From Thermodesulfobium acidiphilum (lineage in GTDB: Bacteria > Thermodesulfobiota > Thermodesulfobiia > Thermodesulfobiales > Thermodesulfobiaceae): a stretch of DNA of 64,000 bases. The translations under genes were made by a program, and so were the position numbers. The stretch spans positions 1,662,916 through 1,726,915 of the forward strand of contig NZ_CP020921.1 of the NCBI RefSeq assembly GCF_003057965.1, in the 5' to 3' direction. The stretch's first letter is position 1. Each line of letters starts with the position of its first letter. The notes under the pieces are model-generated. The model did no database searches. It was not told where the DNA came from and worked only from the letters and a program-made list of their open reading frames with translations. Positions 60,449 through 64,000 of this stretch are shown piece by piece.

Positions 60449-61020
60449 TGCCCTGTGCTTGTATTATTTTCTAAAAAATTGTTCGTCTCTTTTTTTGAGG
60501 AGGCTTCTACATTGGCAGATTTTACGTTTGTTCCTTCAATCTTACCGGTTTTTAAATTTATAGAGAACTTATCACCTATCATTTTTGAAGAAGGAGAACC
60601 AATTGAAGCGTTTCCAATTAAAGTGGCTACATCATCAGATAAAGTTAACTCATTACACGAGAAGGAATACTGCTTATATACGCCATCTTTAACGTCAAAA
60701 GCATCCACATTAGTTTTGTTGTCTGATTTCTTCAAAATAATTTTTTTCGCTAAAAAACTCATATCTTTACCGCTTAACTTGCCATCAAAAAGATCCAGAA
60801 CAGACTTATTAGGATAATATTCTGCTTTTTCACCAGTAAACCCATAGTCCTTGTAGCTAATTACAACATTTCCTTCGGCAACCCACGTGCCTGAACCAAA
60901 ATCAAGATAGACCTGGTCTGCTTTTACATTTGGCGTCTCAGCAAGAGAAACTCCTGTGAGAAAAAATAAAGTTACAAAAAAAGCTAAAAGAAATCTTATA
61001 AAATTCAAATTTTCCTCCAA
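60445..61020 (-). CDS. LptA/OstA-like exported protein
   Basis: Signal peptide, VKADQV, AEGNVVI; upstream of lptF/G. Confidence 0.6.
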   Translation of the reverse strand: MEENLNFIRFLLAFFVTLFFLTGVSLAETPNVKADQVYLDFGSGTWVAEGNVVISYKDYGFTGEKAEYYPNKSVLDLFDGKLSGKDMSFLAKKIILKKSDNKTNVDAFDVKDGVYKQYSFSCNELTLSDDVATLIGNASIGSPSSKMIGDKFSINLKTGKIEGTNVKSANVEASSKKETNNFLENNTSTGQ

Positions 61021-61170
61021 AATTAAGTATTTTAGCTTTTAAAACTACTGTTTTTGGCTATCAACTATTACATTATATATTATAAATGAAATAAGATTAG
61101 ATTTGTTTTAAAAAGTAAAAAAACAAATCAAATAAATTATAAACATCTCCGCCTTTAAATAAATAGTTGG

Positions 61171-61221
61171 TTGACAAAAGTCGATAATTATACTAAATTT
61201 TAATTGTTAGTCAAAACTAAC
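61171..61221 (+). promoter_or_regulatory. feo promoter and DtxR/SirR-type operator
   Basis: TTGACA-N17-TAAATT, then palindrome GTTAGTCAAAACTAAC (TTAG-N6-CTAA) at 61206-61221 just before GGAGG. Confidence 0.65.
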
Positions 61222-61235
61222 TTTGGAGGAAAATT

Positions 61236-61412
61236 ATGGATTTTTTATTTATTTTATTGGTAGGCATTATTTCCTTTTTTGTGTTATATAAAATTTTTTC
61301 TAAAAGAAAAAGTATGTGTGACAGTTGCCCTAACAAAGTTTGTAAAACAAAAGATTTTAGCTGTTGCGATTTAGAAACCCTTCCCAAGGAGGAAAAAAAT
61401 GGTTCTAAATAA
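61236..61412 (+). CDS. FeoB-associated Cys-rich membrane protein, 58 aa (not in ORF track)
   Basis: GGAGG RBS; MDFLFILLVGIISFFVLYKIFSKRKSMCDSCPNKVCKTKDFSCCDLETLPKEEKNGSK*. Confidence 0.85.
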   Translation: MDFLFILLVGIISFFVLYKIFSKRKSMCDSCPNKVCKTKDFSCCDLETLPKEEKNGSK

Positions 61413-61626
61413 GGCTTTGAAGAACAAAAAATATAGAGTGATTGACATAAAATTGGACGAAAAGCTTGCAAGAAGGTTGCAAGAGTTGGGAATAGTAAAG
61501 GGTGGAAAAATTCACATGATAAGAAAGGCTCCTCTGGGAGATCCTATACACATCTGTGTAAACGGACAAAATATTTCATTAAGGGATTCGGTTTGTTCAG
61601 GCATCGTTATAGAAGAAGACAAATAG
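61399..61626 (+). CDS. feoA: Ferrous iron transport protein A
   Basis: RRLQELGI, KAPLGDPI, ISLR. Confidence 0.93.
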   Translation: MVLNKALKNKKYRVIDIKLDEKLARRLQELGIVKGGKIHMIRKAPLGDPIHICVNGQNISLRDSVCSGIVIEEDK

Positions 61627-63755
61627 ACAATTTAAGCGAAAAAACCATAAAGATTGCATTTGTAGGAAACCCTAATGTAGGCAAATCAGCTCTCATAAAT
61701 GCACTATCTGGCTCAAACCTGAAGGTTGGCAATTGGCCAGGGGTCACAGTTGAAAAAAAGGAAGCAAATATTATTATAAATAACCAGTTGTTTTCTCTGG
61801 TAGACTTGCCAGGCGCATATTCTTTAAATCCTTTCTCTTTAGAGGAAAAAATAACCAGAGATTTTTTAATTAATGAAAGGCCAGACTTAATAGTAAACGT
61901 AGTAGATAGCAACCAACTCGAAAAAAGTCTTTTTTTAACTTTCGCGTTATCAGAATTTGAGATACCTATGATAATAGCCCTAAACTTTTTTGATGAAATG
62001 ATCAAAAACAAGACAGAAATAGATCTTAAAAGGTTAAGTGATCTTTTATCAGTAGAAATAGTTCCTACATCAGGAATAAAAGGAATTGGCATAGATGAAC
62101 TTAAAAGAGCAATATACAAAACTGCAAATGAAAGAAATTTGCCAAATATTCTCTTTGAAGAAGAACTTGACAAGAGGTTTAAACGTATAAAAGAGATATT
62201 ATCTGACAGAAGAGAAAAATTAGGTTATCCCCTATCCTTTGTAGCTGCAAGGATTCTAGAAAACAACCAGCAAATGATAAGCGAATTAAGTGACAAAAAG
62301 CTTCTTGATAAAAGCGTTTTGGATTATGCCGTTGGCAACACAACATATATTGAATCAAGATATAAGCTTATATCTTCGATATGTAAAAAAATTTTAAAAA
62401 GACATAAAGATAATAATGAATTAACTCAAAAAATTGATGCAATACTTTTAAACAAATTTTTAGGTTTGCCACTATTTTTTATTATGATGTTTATAGTATT
62501 TAAACTCACCTTTGATCTGTCAAAACCATTTGTAGACTTCACCGGTTATTTTATAAATGATTACGTTGGAAAGTATACAATTTATCTCCTATGGTTTTTA
62601 CCAGATATATTTAAATCTCTTATAAAGGAAGCTATCATAGGCGGTGTAGGTTCGGTAATAAGTTTCTTCCCACTAATAGGAATTTTCTTTTTATTTATAT
62701 CAATTCTTGAAGAAAGTGGTTATATGACAAGAGCAGCTTTTCTTATTGACAAGATCATGAGTTCGATTGGATTAAGCGGCAAAGTATTTATTCCTCTTAT
62801 ACTTGGTTTTGGATGCAACGTACCTGCTATTTATGCCACAAGAGGCCTTGATTCCCAAAAGGATAGACTCCTTGCTGGCCTTATGATACCACTAATGTCT
62901 TGTTCAGCAAGACTGCCAGTATATCTTTTGTTTACTGCTGCTTTTTTCGAAAACTTCAAGGAGTTAATAATACTTGGATTATATTTCCTGGGCGCTTTTA
63001 TAGCAATAATACTTGTCATATTGTTACAAGTTTCAGTTCCCTCTTTAAAAATGGATTCTACGCCGTTTATATTAGAATTACCGCCATACAGAATCCCTCC
63101 TTTAAAATTTCTCTTAAAACTCACAGGTTTTAGAGTAAAGTCTTTCGTAAGAAAGGCTGGTTCTGTAATACTATTCACAATGATACTTGTGTGGAGCGTA
63201 AACTCTTTGCCGTACAACGCACCTAGTGGAGAAAGTTACCTTGCACAGGGTTCAAAAGCAATTTCATTTATATTTGCGCCTGCTGGCTTTGATAAATGGG
63301 AAGCAGTTGCAACTCTTTTGCCAAGCGTGGTTGCTAAAGAGGCAGTCATTGGAACTCTAGGACAAATACTCGAAGGAGAACGAGTAAGTTCGGGCTCAGT
63401 AAAAGATTCAGAAGAATACAATTTTTCAAGTGATACTTTAAAAGTAATTGTAAAATTTAAAGATTCTTTTATTGAAGCCGCATCAAATCTCTTAAATTTC
63501 TTTACAATTACATCATTTCAAGAAAAAGAAAAAAATGAAGGACTCATAAACAGGTTAAAAACTTTATTTACGCCGCTTTCAGCTCTATCCTTTATGATAT
63601 TCATTTTACTCTTTGTGCCGTGTATTGTTACTATTAGCGTCTTAATTCAAGAATATGGTATAAAGTGGACTATCTTTGAAATCTGTATATTATTGGTAAT
63701 TTCATATAGCGTTTCTACCTTAGTTTACCAAACCGGGAAATTATTTGTACGTTGA
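61593..63755 (+). CDS. feoB: Ferrous iron transport protein B (start uncertain)
   Basis: GNPNVGKS, GNWPGVTVE, DLPG, GFGCNVP, MSCSAR, ELPPY. Confidence 0.96.
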   Translation: MFRHRYRRRQIDNLSEKTIKIAFVGNPNVGKSALINALSGSNLKVGNWPGVTVEKKEANIIINNQLFSLVDLPGAYSLNPFSLEEKITRDFLINERPDLIVNVVDSNQLEKSLFLTFALSEFEIPMIIALNFFDEMIKNKTEIDLKRLSDLLSVEIVPTSGIKGIGIDELKRAIYKTANERNLPNILFEEELDKRFKRIKEILSDRREKLGYPLSFVAARILENNQQMISELSDKKLLDKSVLDYAVGNTTYIESRYKLISSICKKILKRHKDNNELTQKIDAILLNKFLGLPLFFIMMFIVFKLTFDLSKPFVDFTGYFINDYVGKYTIYLLWFLPDIFKSLIKEAIIGGVGSVISFFPLIGIFFLFISILEESGYMTRAAFLIDKIMSSIGLSGKVFIPLILGFGCNVPAIYATRGLDSQKDRLLAGLMIPLMSCSARLPVYLLFTAAFFENFKELIILGLYFLGAFIAIILVILLQVSVPSLKMDSTPFILELPPYRIPPLKFLLKLTGFRVKSFVRKAGSVILFTMILVWSVNSLPYNAPSGESYLAQGSKAISFIFAPAGFDKWEAVATLLPSVVAKEAVIGTLGQILEGERVSSGSVKDSEEYNFSSDTLKVIVKFKDSFIEAASNLLNFFTITSFQEKEKNEGLINRLKTLFTPLSALSFMIFILLFVPCIVTISVLIQEYGIKWTIFEICILLVISYSVSTLVYQTGKLFVR

Positions 63756-64000
63756 CTTTTTTTATAGTTTTCCCAAAAAAGTGGTGAGACAGCAAAAACC
63801 AAAGAATAAACTATTTTAGAACCTGATCTGGTTAATTCTTTGTATGCACTTCTTAAAGTCGCTCCTGAAGTTATAACATCATCAATTAATAGCACTCTTT
63901 CAGGACTTAATTCTGCTTTAAAACAGTCTTCAACATTAAGGCTTCTTTCACGAAAATACAAAAGATGCTGTTTTTTTGTCTCCCTTATCTTTTGAAATTT
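63725..64000 (-). CDS. comF: ComF family phosphoribosyltransferase-domain protein (3' part; continues beyond window)
   Basis: KIRETKKQ..ERSLNVEDCF, VLLIDDVITSGATL. Confidence 0.85.
   Translation of the reverse strand, partial: KFQKIRETKKQHLLYFRERSLNVEDCFKAELSPERVLLIDDVITSGATLRSAYKELTRSGSKIVYSLVFAVSPLFWENYKKSQRTNNFPVW

Noticed and set aside
61152-61165. 14-nt identity (CCTTTAAATAAATA) between the sequence right after the lone repeat (5561-5548, minus) and the feo/lptA promoter region, suggesting a regulatory crRNA target
   Set aside because: Short and very AT-rich, does not extend, and no effector complex is in the window; chance cannot be excluded

Overview
AT-rich bacterial chromosomal window, apparently from an anaerobic, probably thermophilic, diderm Firmicutes-related lineage (tentatively Thermodesulfobium-like: large Alu-type SRP RNA together with LptF/LptA/TamB/DUF3084). 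All calls come from reading motifs by eye; no searches were run. Most of the window is housekeeping: bioB, queF, cimA, htpX, folEPK, ffs, smpB, sppA, riboflavin synthase, emrAB-like pump, alaS, nfeD/slipin, feoAB, comF. Three parts stand out. (1) A decayed defence island (about 3.2-10.9 kb). A tandem WYL pair is divergent from cas6 and a Csx1/TM1812-type CARF gene. That gene is cut off exactly at the first base of a single 36-nt type III-like CRISPR repeat, which supplies its stop codon and lies 48 nt upstream of a methyltransferase. No array, cas10 or cas1/2 is in the window. (2) An unusual complex I-like operon (nuoB-D-I-A-C-H-J-K, four antiporter-like subunits, two small membrane proteins, no nuoEFG). 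It lies directly behind a Tat-less, anchor-less PsrA/PhsA-type molybdoenzyme and its Fe-S partner, and its NuoL equivalent has a lateral helix lengthened by about 26 aa. (3) A candidate C-rich small RNA of about 55 nt with its own promoter, terminator and a 27-bp upstream palindrome. Several small ORFs missing from the supplied ORF track were also found.
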